DNA of 64,000 nucleotides from Carcharhinus amblyrhynchos (Eukaryota): the NCBI GenBank assembly GCA_965287045.1, contig OZ336872.1, forward strand, positions 137,268,001 through 137,332,000, in the 5' to 3' direction. Below, one piece after another: positions 22,001 through 34,000 of the stretch. Position 1 is the stretch's first letter. Each line of letters starts with the position of its first letter. The notes under the pieces are model-generated. The model did no database searches, was not told where the DNA came from, and saw only the letters and a program-made list of their open reading frames with translations. Position numbers and translations under genes: made by a program.

Positions 22001-25000
22001 TTCTGGTTAGAAGAACAGGTTGGTGGTGGGTATTCAGCATCGAGTGACTGATTGCTGACTCCCCAAAGCCTTTCCGTCATCTACAGTGCACCAGTCAGGA
22101 GTATAATGGAATACTACTTACTTGCCCGGATAAGTGCAACTCCAACAATACTCAAGAAGTTTGACACCACCTGGGGCAAAGCAGCCCCGCTCGATTGTAA
22201 TCCCTTCCACAAACATTCAATCCCACTGCCATCAATAGAGTGGTAGCCGTGTGTACCACCTAAAAGATGCACTGCAGGAACACACTAACGCTCCTCGGGC
22301 AACACCTTCCAAACCCATGACCACTTCCATCTAGAAGGTCAAGGGCAGCAGAAACAGGGGAATACCACCATCTGTAGGTTCCCCTCCAAGTCGCTCACCA
22401 TCCTGACTTGGAAATAAATTGCTGTTCCTTCGCTGTCGCTGGGTCAAAATCCTGGAGCTCCCTCCCTAAGTGCACCGCAGGTGTACCTACAGCACATGGA
22501 CTGCAGTGGTTCGAGATGGCCGCTCACCACCACCTTTTCGAGGGGAATCGGGGATGGACAATAAATGGCCTAACCAACTGTATCCTCGTCCCTTGAGAGA
22601 GTTTTAAAATGTCAGGTTCAGTGAAGAGAATTGAATGTAAGACTAATCGCTGGTTGGTGTAGGGCTGGGTAAAAAGGCTTGTGGTACAGGGCTTTAAGGT
22701 GATGATAGGACTTGTTTAGGTGAGGTTATGGAAAGGGAAATCTTTATTCTGCTTTTCAAGAACGAAGACACAAGGCAACTTTCTTCAGCTGTGACTTCTG
22801 GACGAAGATTTGTCTTTCCTGAGAGCAATGGGGCCATTGATTTGCTGGGAATTTGACACTGTAAACAAAAGGCTACCCAGAAAACATTCCGAGTTGAGTC
22901 TTACATCTCCCCAACGTACATGGCGAAATAACCGGACGCTTGCTGTGTTGTCCCGGAATGACTCTTGATTTGATGGACCTCCCAGCTTGGCCTGAAAGAA
23001 TCCACTCAGGAATCAACTTACGCTTTCAGAATCCAGAGCCTCAAGTTTGGAAGCATTTTCCTCTTGAATTTGGATCGATTTGTAACAGTGACAACAGTCC
23101 CTTGTGTCGCGCCTGGTGCAGCTATGATCTTTAAGCTTCCCTTTTCCTCTTCCTGTCTTCGCTCAGGCTGTTGAGGGTTGCGGATCTGATGGAATTTGCT
23201 GGTCTCTCTCTGATTGGATCTCCCAACATCTGGGAATGTTTGCCTGAAGCTATTGGGAAATTAGTAACCAACGCTGAGATGATCTCAAATTTCTAATTTG
23301 CGTTTAATATTTCCTTTTGTTCTATTCTGATTGTAATTATACCACTCGACTGTAATCTTCGATTATTATTAGCCCCTTCACGGGGGAGGTTAGCAGTGAC
23401 TCAATGGGTGAAAATGTAACTTGTTGACATGCTGTTCCTCTGGCTGTCTGATTGGAGATGTTAACGCATTTTAAATAGTAGATATCACCAATGTTGAGGT
23501 GACAGGGACTATGTCCCACAAGTGGGTCAATCATTCTCACAGTGGGTTCTTTAGTCTTGTGGTATAATGCAAGCAGCTTTTTGGTTATAGTCTGTTAATC
23601 TCCAAATACACCAGGAGGGGTGAAGCTTCAGACAAGCTGGTACCAGATATTAATCAACTTTGCCTGACCTTTTGGGTGTGCAATGTTTTGGTGTCTCATT
23701 ATTGATCTTGGAACGCGTGGAAACTTTAACCGTGTGCCGGCGACGCACATTCGTTTTAACCAGAAGCAGAATATTTCAAACCGTTACAGTGTTTGATCTG
23801 TGCTCAGACCTGAAGAATCCACAATTCCAACTGTCTTACATCCTGGAACTTTAGACTAGAGAGTCTCTCTCGAGGTTTGAGATTTTGCCGTAATTCCATG
23901 AAAGATGTCGTTAGTACGGTGTCTGACAATGCTGTACTTTTATCCGCTGATTTGATTTTATGAACCAAAATTACCTCCTCATTTCAATTCTTCTCCAACT
24001 CATCCAAATCTGCGTTGTTGGGTCATTGTGGAGAAAGTATCTAATCTGAGGGAAAGTGGATTGAATTCCACACCCTCTCTCTGCTTTCTTCACCATTGCC
24101 TGCCATTCCGATGTTGTATTCTGCTTTGGGTTGAGATGAGTGTCGAAAGAGGTTTGCTAGACAGCATTTGGAAGGTGAAACAACGAGAGAACGTTCTGGA
24201 AAAGCTCCGCAGAGTCCTGAGAAAGAGTCATGCAGATTTGAAATGTTAACTCGATCTCTCCAAAGATCTTTTCCAACATTTTCTCTTTTTGTTTCAGATT
24301 CCAGCGTCTGTTTCGAGTCTGGGATGGTTGACGTTGCTGACACTTGTTTCTTTTCTCTTGCCGCCCTTCCCCAACTCCTCCTCTTGTCTTTTTTAGGTGG
24401 AGGAACGCTCCAAGTTAAACCGTCAGAGCTCCCCAGCGATGCCGCACAAGATGGGGAACCGGATGTCTGACCCCAGCATGCCACCTCGCTCTGAATCATT
24501 CAGCAGCAATGCTGTGCAAGCTGCACGAACGCCACCAATGCATAGACCTGTCGAGCCCCAGGTAGCAGAGTCCAAGGTTCCTACACTCTCCACCTGTTGC
24601 TTGCATGGGGGCAGCTTAAAATGTTACCGATTTGACGGTGTCTCTGGAAGATGCAATGCCTGCTTCGCCTGCTTCTGTAGAACTTTAACAACACGGAAAG
24701 CGACTCGGGTCCACGCTAATGTGTCCATGCTCCACATCATACACCCTTCCACCCTCTCTCCCTCACTTGTTTGTCCAGCTTCCCCCTTTAATGTATCAAC
24801 CCTGTTCATCTTGACCGCTCTCTGTCGCAGCGAGTTCCACATTCTCACCGTTCTCTGGGTAAAAAGCTGACTTTCCAATGGGTTTATTGGTGACGATATT
24901 TCTGCCCCCCCCCCGAGTGTCAATCCCCCCCCCCACCACCGACCAACAAGTGGAAACAGCTTTTTTACTTTGAGCAAATTGAGCCCCTGTGTAATTTTAA

Positions 25001-28000
25001 AGACTTCTTCTATCAGGTTTGACTGGTCTTGCTCGATTTGTATCGAGCTCTCGGTTCCGGAACCTTCTATTTACACTTTCTCCAGTGCGCCGCTAAGCTG
25101 TTTCTAGGGCTCGTGCTAAACCGGTTGGAGGATTACAGGCAGGTACGGCCCAGGTCCAGCACAACTTCTGCTGGGAATCCTATTCCCGCCCAGCCCATCC
25201 ACTGTAGCTGGATCCTGGGGAACCCAGGAGCTCCGAGCAGGATACTGGGAGAAGTGAACGGAGAGGCCTCGGGTAAGATAGGGGTTAGGAAGGACTTTGG
25301 ATTCAAGGTCAAAGTGCAAGTCACCTTTAGAAGACCTTTCAAAGACAGGTAGGAAAGGCGCCTACTTTCCCCTCCCCACTCCACACTCACTCCATCATCA
25401 TTGCGTCCAGCTGATTTGTCAATAATTCTAGAGTTTGCGACTCCATGATGTTCATGCACAAGAGATTCCGTTCCACGTGGTGGTCACATGCTGTTTGTGA
25501 CAAACTCCTCGAGTTTGGCCTCACAGATGCCATGAGGTAATGTACAGATTTGCAGATCTGGGAGGTAACTCTAATTTCCTTCTGCGCAGGTCCAAGTAGC
25601 TCACCTGGTTCCTCTGAAACCCCACAGCACCTCCATGACGGGCTCCCAGTCCCTTCACGAGCAGCCAACTAAGAGTATGTCCAGCGCTTTCCACTCACAA
25701 GAGGGGCTAATGTCACATCGCGCCGAAATGCCACGGCAGAACTCCGACCCCACGTCAGAAACCCCGCCCCTCCCTCCCCGCATTGGGTCAAGAGAAGAAA
25801 AGTTTGGGGGCAGCGCCTGGCACAGGCAAGAGGAGGACATCCCACCCAAGGTAATCAACTGGTCATGCATCATGTCTCTTTGCAAGGCTGCATTGAGGCC
25901 AATGGAGGCAACAATAGGGCTGTCAACTCTGGATGTTATTCCAGGAGCTGTCATTACATAACCTCCAATCACACCCACCTCCTCTCCACCCTGTCATCTC
26001 CCGGTATGCCGACCATCCCACAGCCCAACAGCTAATTAGAAGGTGAACACCTTCTTCCGTACCAAAGTAGATCATTCTTGACTGTCAATCAAATGGTTCC
26101 TGCCCACCCACTCCATCTCCAACATTATTATAAAGAAAGCGTTGGAAGAATTTGAAATAAGCCATCACTTATTTTCTCCTTAACTGTTGCTTGCAACAGC
26201 GTCCAGGAGGTTAATCTTCAATCCCCGGAGATTCCTGGGAAGTTCCTCGGTTCCTAGGCTTGGTACACCAGGGTCTTAAATTCACCACACGTTACAGGTT
26301 CTATACCAGCTGTGTACTGTGATCCCACCAGGTCAGTACCATCCTCTTCCAGCACCATCCAGTGGTGGGAGGTAAGGAGGGCACCCAGACAAGCTAAAGG
26401 AGTGAGAGACCGAGAGCTAAGTTGCCTGTACAGGGGAGGAACAAGACAACATGGGTCTTGAATTTTCAGTTAACCCAGTCTCCTTCAACCTTGACAGAAT
26501 CTGGATGAGTTTTTTTTGGGGGGGCTGCTCAAGCTATACCATGCTGTCATCTCAATAGAATCATACAGCTTCCTCGGAAGGGAGGATGTGAATGCATTGG
26601 AGACAGTGCAGAAGAGCCTCACGGGAATGGTTCCAGGGAAGAGAAACTTAGATTGGAGAAATTGGGTCTGTTCTGCTTTAGAGAGAAGGCGGCTGAGAAG
26701 GAGTTTGATCGAGGTGTTCAAAATCATGAGGGGGCTGGACAGAGCAGGTAGGGAGAAACTCTTCCCATTGGTAAAAGGATCGAGACCAGAGGGCACAGAT
26801 TTTGATTTGTAAAAGAAGCAAATATGATGGGAGAAAAATGGTTAGCACACGGTGAGTGCTTTGGGGTCTGGAATGCACTGCCTGGAAGTGTAATGGGGGC
26901 AGATTCAATCAAATGGCACGAAGTCATGATCTCGTTTGGAGAGCCAGTACAAACATGATGGGCCAAATGGCCTCCTGTGCTGTAGTAAGCCGATAACTTG
27001 AAATTCAGCATCTTTTCAGAATAGAAGGAACAGCCTGTGATTCTGAACATCTCGATTAAAATTGCCCCTAAAGTCAGCCTCTGCTGAGATTCCAGAATTT
27101 CAGAAAGATGTGTTCTGTGATCTGGAAGGATCTACCAGCTGCCGTTCAAGAAAATAGGATAGGAAAAGTGGTTGTAATTGTGTAGGTTTGACCCAACAGC
27201 CAACCGTTACCTGGAAGACATTGTCTTAAGGACAATACAGGAGTTGGAATGCCTTGTTGAAGTTGTACAAGACATTGGTAAGGCCACACTTGGAATACTG
27301 TGTGCAATTGTGGTCACCCTATTATAGAAAGGATATTATTAAACTAGAATGAGTGCAGAAAAGATTTACTAGGATGCTACTGGGACTTGACAGATTGAGT
27401 TATAAGGAGAGGCTGGATAGACTGGGACTTTTTTCCTGGAGTGTAGGAGGCCTGAGGGGTGATCTTATACTGGTCTGTAAAATAATGAGGGGCATAGATC
27501 AGCTAGATAGTCAGTAGCTTTTCCCAAAGGTAGGGGAGTCTGAAACTGGAGGGCATAGGTTTAAGGTGAAAGCGGAGAGATACAATAGGGTCCACAGAGG
27601 GTGGTGAGTGTCTGGAACGAGCTGCCAGAGGTAGTAGGTAGAGGCGGGTACAATTTTATCTTTTAAAAAGCATTTTGACAGTTACATGGGGAAGATGGAT
27701 AGAGAGGGATATGGGCCAAACGTGGGCAATTGAGACTAGCTGAGTGGTTAAAAGAAAGGTGACATGGACAAGTTGGGCTGAAGGGCCTGTTTCCAATCTG
27801 TAAACGTCTATGACTCTACGAAAACAGTCCTGGTAGCTTGTCCATGGTTAATGTAGAACCTGGTTAATGTTGGCTTGGCTCCGTAGGTGGCACTATCGCC
27901 AGAGGTTGACGGTTGTGGATTCAGGGTCCACTCCAGAGGGTGAGCATATAATCTAGTCTGACACTCCACTGCCATGTGACAGGGTGCTGCACCGTCACAG

Positions 28001-31000
28001 ACTGGTGTTTAGCACTGCTGCCTCATAGCATCGGGGACCTGGGTTTGATTCCCGGCTTGGGTCACTGTTGGTGTGGAGTTTGCACATTCTCCTCGTGTCT
28101 GCGTGGGTTTCCTCCGCGTACTCTGGTTTCTTCCCACACTCCAAAAGACGTGCTGGTTAAGTGCATTGGCCATGCTAAATTCTCCCTCAGTGTGCCCAAA
28201 TAGGTGCCGGAGTGCAGCAACTAGGAGATTTTCACAGTAACTTCATTGCAGTGTTAATGTAAGCCTACTTTGTGACTAATAAATAAAGATTAGAAACTTA
28301 TAGCCGCTGTGGCGTTAATCCTCCAGGCCCTTTCTGCCTGTTCAGTTTGTGTAAATGGCATTAATATTTATTCCCTGGGATTCCCTGGAGGTCCACTACT
28401 AATGTTACAGTGAGAGGGGGAGGCCCCTTCAGCAGAAACTTCAATCCCATCCACAAACCATTAGCAAAGTTGGGGGAGTTGTGTCTTTGTCCTGAGGTCC
28501 AACATTACCCGCCCCCCCCCCCACCCTCCTGCCACACCATCAGAAAGCGGGTTAAATGAATGTTCATTCCATTGCTGCTTCTGGGATCTTGCTGTGCACC
28601 AAATGGCTGCTGCATCTGCCTGCGTAGCAACAGCTATTGTATTTCAGTGTGACTGACTGTAAATGAATGAAGCACTTTCTGAAACGGTTTAGATGCTGTA
28701 ATGTGAAGATAAATGTATGTATCATCTCATCTCAACATTGCTCAATGATTGAAGCTATAGCCTCGTGGGAAAAGTGAATCAGTCCAGGCCAAGCATGCTG
28801 CATCCCAGGATAAAATCCAACGCTAATATATTCTCGCTTGGTCCATCTGATATTGGAAAATTGTTTCCAGTCAGTTTCAGCAATAGGATAGGAACAAGAG
28901 GAGGCCATTCAGTCCCTTGGGCCTGTTCCTCCATTCAGCTAGATCACGGCCAATCTGTATCTCGACTACATCTGCCCTTTTCACCAAATCCCCCAATCTA
29001 AGGTCAACCAATCCCAGCTTTGGAAGGTCCAGTTGACCCTCAGGTTCCGAAGATTGTTTTGAGGAGAGTGAATTTCAAATTTCCTCGAGTGAGGGGAAGC
29101 TTCCTAACCTCACCCTTCCATGGCCTGGGTCAAATGTTCTGGTTGCGTTGTTTGTACTGAACTCCGCCCAACCCAGGAAATAGTTTCTATCTCTGCCGAG
29201 TTCACCCTTTAGCGTTCTAAAATCCTCAATTAGAACACCCCTCTAAAGATTGGATCCACGCGGGAGAGGCGATGGCCCTCTGGTATTATCGCTGGACCAT
29301 TCACCCTGAAACTCAATTAATGTTCTGGGGACCCGGGTTCGAATCCCGCCACGGCAGATGGTGGAATTTGAATTCAGTAAAAAAAAATCTGGAATTAAGA
29401 ACCTACTGATGACCATGAAACATTGTCAGAAAAACCCATCTGGTTCACTAATGTCCTTGAGGGAAGGAAATCTGCCATTCTTACCTGGTCCAGAACTACA
29501 GCAATGTGGTTGACTCTCAACTGCCCTCCAAGGACAACTAGGGATGGCCAATAAATGCTGGCCCAGCCAGCAACACCCATGTCCCATGAATGAATAATAA
29601 AAAAAAAAGCATTTATCTCAAAATGACCAATTTAGAAGTCACATTATTGTCTCTTCCTATTCCCACCATTACCCTGTTCCCCCATTGGCTCTCCTTTCCT
29701 CATTGTGGTGCTTATTTTCTTTACCCAGGTTCCTCAAAGGACAACATCTATCTCCCCAGCACCTGGGCGCAAGAACTCTCCAGGAAACAGCAGTGGATTG
29801 GCAAACAGACCCAGTGCCCAGCTAATACGAGCAAGGTAATGGAAAGAGGGGAGGATCTATTTGGCACATCCTTTGGGATTTGGGGGGTGCAGGGTGGCAC
29901 AGTGGTTGGCACTGCTGCCTCACAGCACCAGGAACCTGGGTTCGATTCCTGGCTCGGGTCACTGGCTGTGTGGAGTTTGCACATTCTCCCTGTGTCTGCG
30001 TGGGTTTTGTCCAGGTGCTCCGGTTTCCTCCCACAGTCTGAAAGACGTGCCGGTTAAGGTGCATTGGCCGTGCTAAATTCTCCCTCAGTGTACCCGAACA
30101 GGTGCCGGAGTGTGGCGACTGGGGGATTTTCACAGTAACTTCATTGCCGTGTTAATGTAAGCCTAATAAATAAACTTTAACTTCACTTTCTAAGCTTTTG
30201 GGAAGCAGCGTAACAAAAGCGTTACAATTGCTGCTGTCAGTCTGGGTAATGTGGGGGTACAGTAGCACAGTGATGCTGAGTGTTCTGGGGGCTTGAGATC
30301 AGTTCAGTAAATCTCATAGCTGCAGGAGTGACTCATGAAGGAATTGAAACAAAACTGTGCAAAGGGAAGGCGTTACCATCACCAATAGCTTTCATAGAAC
30401 ATCGAACACTACAGCACAAACAGGCCCTTCGGCCCACAAGTTGCACCGATCATATCCACACCTACCAGGCCTATCTATAACCCTCAATCCCATTAAATCC
30501 CATGCACTCATCCAGAAGTCTCTTAAAAGACCCCAGCGAGTTCACCTCTACCACCACCGACGGCAGCCGATTCCACTCACTCACCACCCACTGAGTGAAA
30601 AACTTACCCCTGACATCTCCTCTGTACCTGCTCCCCAGCACCTTAAACCTGTGTCCCTCTTGTAGCGACCATTTCAGCCCTGGGAAATAGCCTCTGAGAA
30701 TCCACCCTATCTATTCCTCTCAATGTTTTATAAACCTCTATCAGGTCGCCTCTCATCCTTCATCTCTCCAGGGAGAAGAGTCCCAGCTCCCTCAACCTAT
30801 CCTCATAAGGCATGCCTCCCAATCCAGGCAACATCCTTGTGAATCTCCTCTGCACCCCCTCAATAGCTTCCACTTCCTTCCTGTAGTGAGGTGACCAGAA
30901 CTGCGCACAGTACTCCAAGTGGGGTCTGACAAGGGTCTCATGGAAGGGTTCGGTGGCTAACACTCACTCACTCACACCTCTGTACCCCGAGGTTGCAGGT

Positions 31001-34000
31001 TCAAGTCTCATTGCAGAGCCTCCGCACAAAGACACAGTCCAACAACTCCAGTGCTGTACTGAGGGAGCGCTGTCCTGCCGGAGGTGCTGTCTTTTGATTG
31101 GAACAGTAAACAACGCCTTGCTTGCACCCTCCTGCCCCGCTCAGGTGGAGGTAGCAGCTCCCGATGGCTGTTTTTCACAGCAGGAAAATTCACCATGGTG
31201 TCAATCTTTTTCACCAAACAGTTAAACGAAATGAAATGAACTGAGGGACAAATTAAAAGGGGCAGCCCCCAAAAAGAAGGGAACAGTCCGAAACAAAAGG
31301 AAACAAATGGAAAGGAAACTTAAAGCGTCAAAGTGAAATGTGATTAAATGGGTTGATAATACACTGCAGCCCCTGCGGTGCCCAGCAGGCACGGAAGCCT
31401 TCAACAGTGCATGGGGACACTGCATGCTTCCTCTGCAGGGAAACTTGGCCGCCAACGTAGCCACGGTAGAGAGATAGACAGTTGGGTCAGATGACCCCCT
31501 TGGTCACCCGCTGCCTAGACCTGTTTATGGCAAGTTTAGCCAGGCCCAAGAGTAGGTTTCGCTGTGGTGTCCTGGTCAATGTTTATCCCGCAAGCAAAAT
31601 CGCTCAAACAGATTATTTGTTCGGCGTTATGCTTCTGTTTGTGGGATCTTGCTGTGCACAAACAGGCTGCTGTGTTTCCTGCATCACCATAGTGGCCGCG
31701 CTTCGACAACTGTTCCTTTGGTTGTAAAACCCTTTGCAACATCCTGGGAACAAGAAAGGTGCTACACAAATGCAATTCCTCTCTTCCTTCTGAAATGAAT
31801 TACGGTTGTATTCTGGGTCATGTGTCACATATTTGCATTAACAGTTAATAATCCACGCAGACCACCCATATTCCCAGAATATTTCCATCCTCCCAGGCTA
31901 CCCCACCTCCCCAACCTCCCTCGGTCAGTGAATACTGTCCAGCTTTGATGTATAGTTGGCATTAAGTTTGGTTATGATTGGATTTTCTGGGAATTTTCTC
32001 TGGGGTTCTGCTGGAGTCCCTGTGGCAGTTGCTGTCTGTCAGTGGAGGTGTTTCTGGAAGTTTCTTTCCCAATGAGGATGCTGAAATTACTCTTCCTTGG
32101 CTTTCACCCCAGTAATCCCGACCTGCGGAAGAACGAGAACCTGTTGGAGACGCCCCTACATCGCACCAGTAGTGGCAGTTCGTCCAGTTCCAGCACTCCC
32201 AGCTCCCAGCCCGGATCCCAGAGTGGATCCCAGAGCAGCTCCCAGCCCGGATCCCAAAGTGGATCCAACGAACGCAACCAAATCCGAGGTAAGGAGCACT
32301 GGGGAAGGGGAGGGGAGACTGGAGGGGGAGTGGGAGAGGGGATGGGGGAGTGGGGATTGGAGGGGGAGTGGGAGAGGGGATGAGGGAGTGGGGATTGGAG
32401 GGGGAGTGGGAGAGGGGATAAGGGAGTGGGGATTGGAGGGGGAGTGGGAGAGGGGATGGGGGAGTGGGAGAGGGGATGAGGGAGTGGGGATTGGAGGGGG
32501 AGTGGGAGAGGGGATAAGGGAGTGGGGATTGGAGGGGGAGTGGGGATTGGAGGGGGAGTGGGAGAGGGGATGAGGGAGTGGGGATTGGAGGGGGAGTGGG
32601 AGAGGGGATGAGGGAGTGGGGATTGGAGGGGAGAGTGAGGATTGGAGGGCGAGGGGGGAGTAGGGGAGGGGGAGAGGAGTGGGGATGAAGGAGTGGGGAA
32701 TGGGAATGGTGCTATTTGTAGGAAGGGTGGGAAAGGATGGAAAGTTTGGGGCGGTCTTTGGCAGCAAGGTGGTAAATGAGGTGTGGATGGGAGGTAAATG
32801 TGGGGAAGGGGAGGCGGTGCTGTGTGGAGCGGTGACCTGTGCGTAATGTGTAATGTCCCCAATTGCTGTGGTGATGAGGGACGGTATCGTGAGCTCGATG
32901 GCCTTGGAGATCCTGTGTTTGAAACTCTTAGAATGTTACCACACAGCAGGAGGCCATTTGGCCCATTTGTATCCATGCCAAGCGTTCTCCAGTTCTGCCC
33001 CCTCCCCACCCCCTTCATTCTGGGAGAACAGGGCAGTTGGAACGGTAAAGCTTGCTTATCGTCCCAGCTGGCCTGGGAGAAGGTATTCTGAGTGTAAAAC
33101 TGAGAGGTGTGCCACAGGAAAATCACCTCAGCCTCTGCTACTCCTTCCAGCGGTGAGACACAGGTGACCTCCTGAATGAGATTGAGCACGGCCACATCAA
33201 ACCACGGAATGAATAATCTCTTGGACAGTGAGTGCCAACATGGTAATGTTCTCCCTTGGCCTCTCTACCTCTCTCTGGCACAGTGGGTTAGCACTGCTGC
33301 CTCACAGCGCCAGGGACACGGGTTCGATTCCCGACTTGGGTCACTGTTTGTGTGGAGTCTGCACATTCTCCCAGTGTCTGCGTGGGTTTCCTCTGGGTGC
33401 TCCAGTTTCCTCCAAAAAATGTGCTGGTTGGGTTCATTGGCTGTGCTAAATTCTCCCTCCGTGTACCCGAATAGGCACCCAGAGGGGATTTTCACAGTAA
33501 CTTCATTGCAGTGTCAGTGTAAGCCTACCTGTGGCACTAATAAATAAACTTCAAAACTCTTTAAACACCTACCTCTTGACCAAAATTTTATGCACCTCTC
33601 TAAGTTGGTTTGCTGATTGCTGGGAGATTGTGTTACGTTGAAGGCGCTATACCAATGCAGGTCGCCGTTTCTGCAGCTCTCAGTGTTTGTGTTGTTGCAG
33701 GAACAGGCAAGCCTGAAGGATCACCAGTGCTTCCTCACGAGAGCTCGCGAGTCAAACCGGAAGAGGGGCGCGAACTGACCCGGCCTGGGAGACCTGCTGT
33801 AAGTATCCAACACGAGCTTATTCCAAACCTACCGCTGGAATCCACACATACAAACTCGCTAACATATCTACTCAGACATGCGTGCTGCTCGTAGAACGAC
33901 TCATTAATTATCCACCGGTATTCCTGTCTGGATCATTGATACCTACAGCACAGGAGAGCATTCGGCCCAAAGTGCCTCATTGAGAAAGAGCCCCATTGTT

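Noticed and set aside
23167-23247. Extra exon after the strong acceptor cttcctgtcttcgctcag
   Set aside because: In-frame TGA after 26 codons, no family similarity, no convincing donor; a poison exon cannot be excluded without RNA data
32104-33195. 363-aa Pro-rich antisense ORF
   Set aside because: Reverse strand of the G-rich minisatellite plus a real exon
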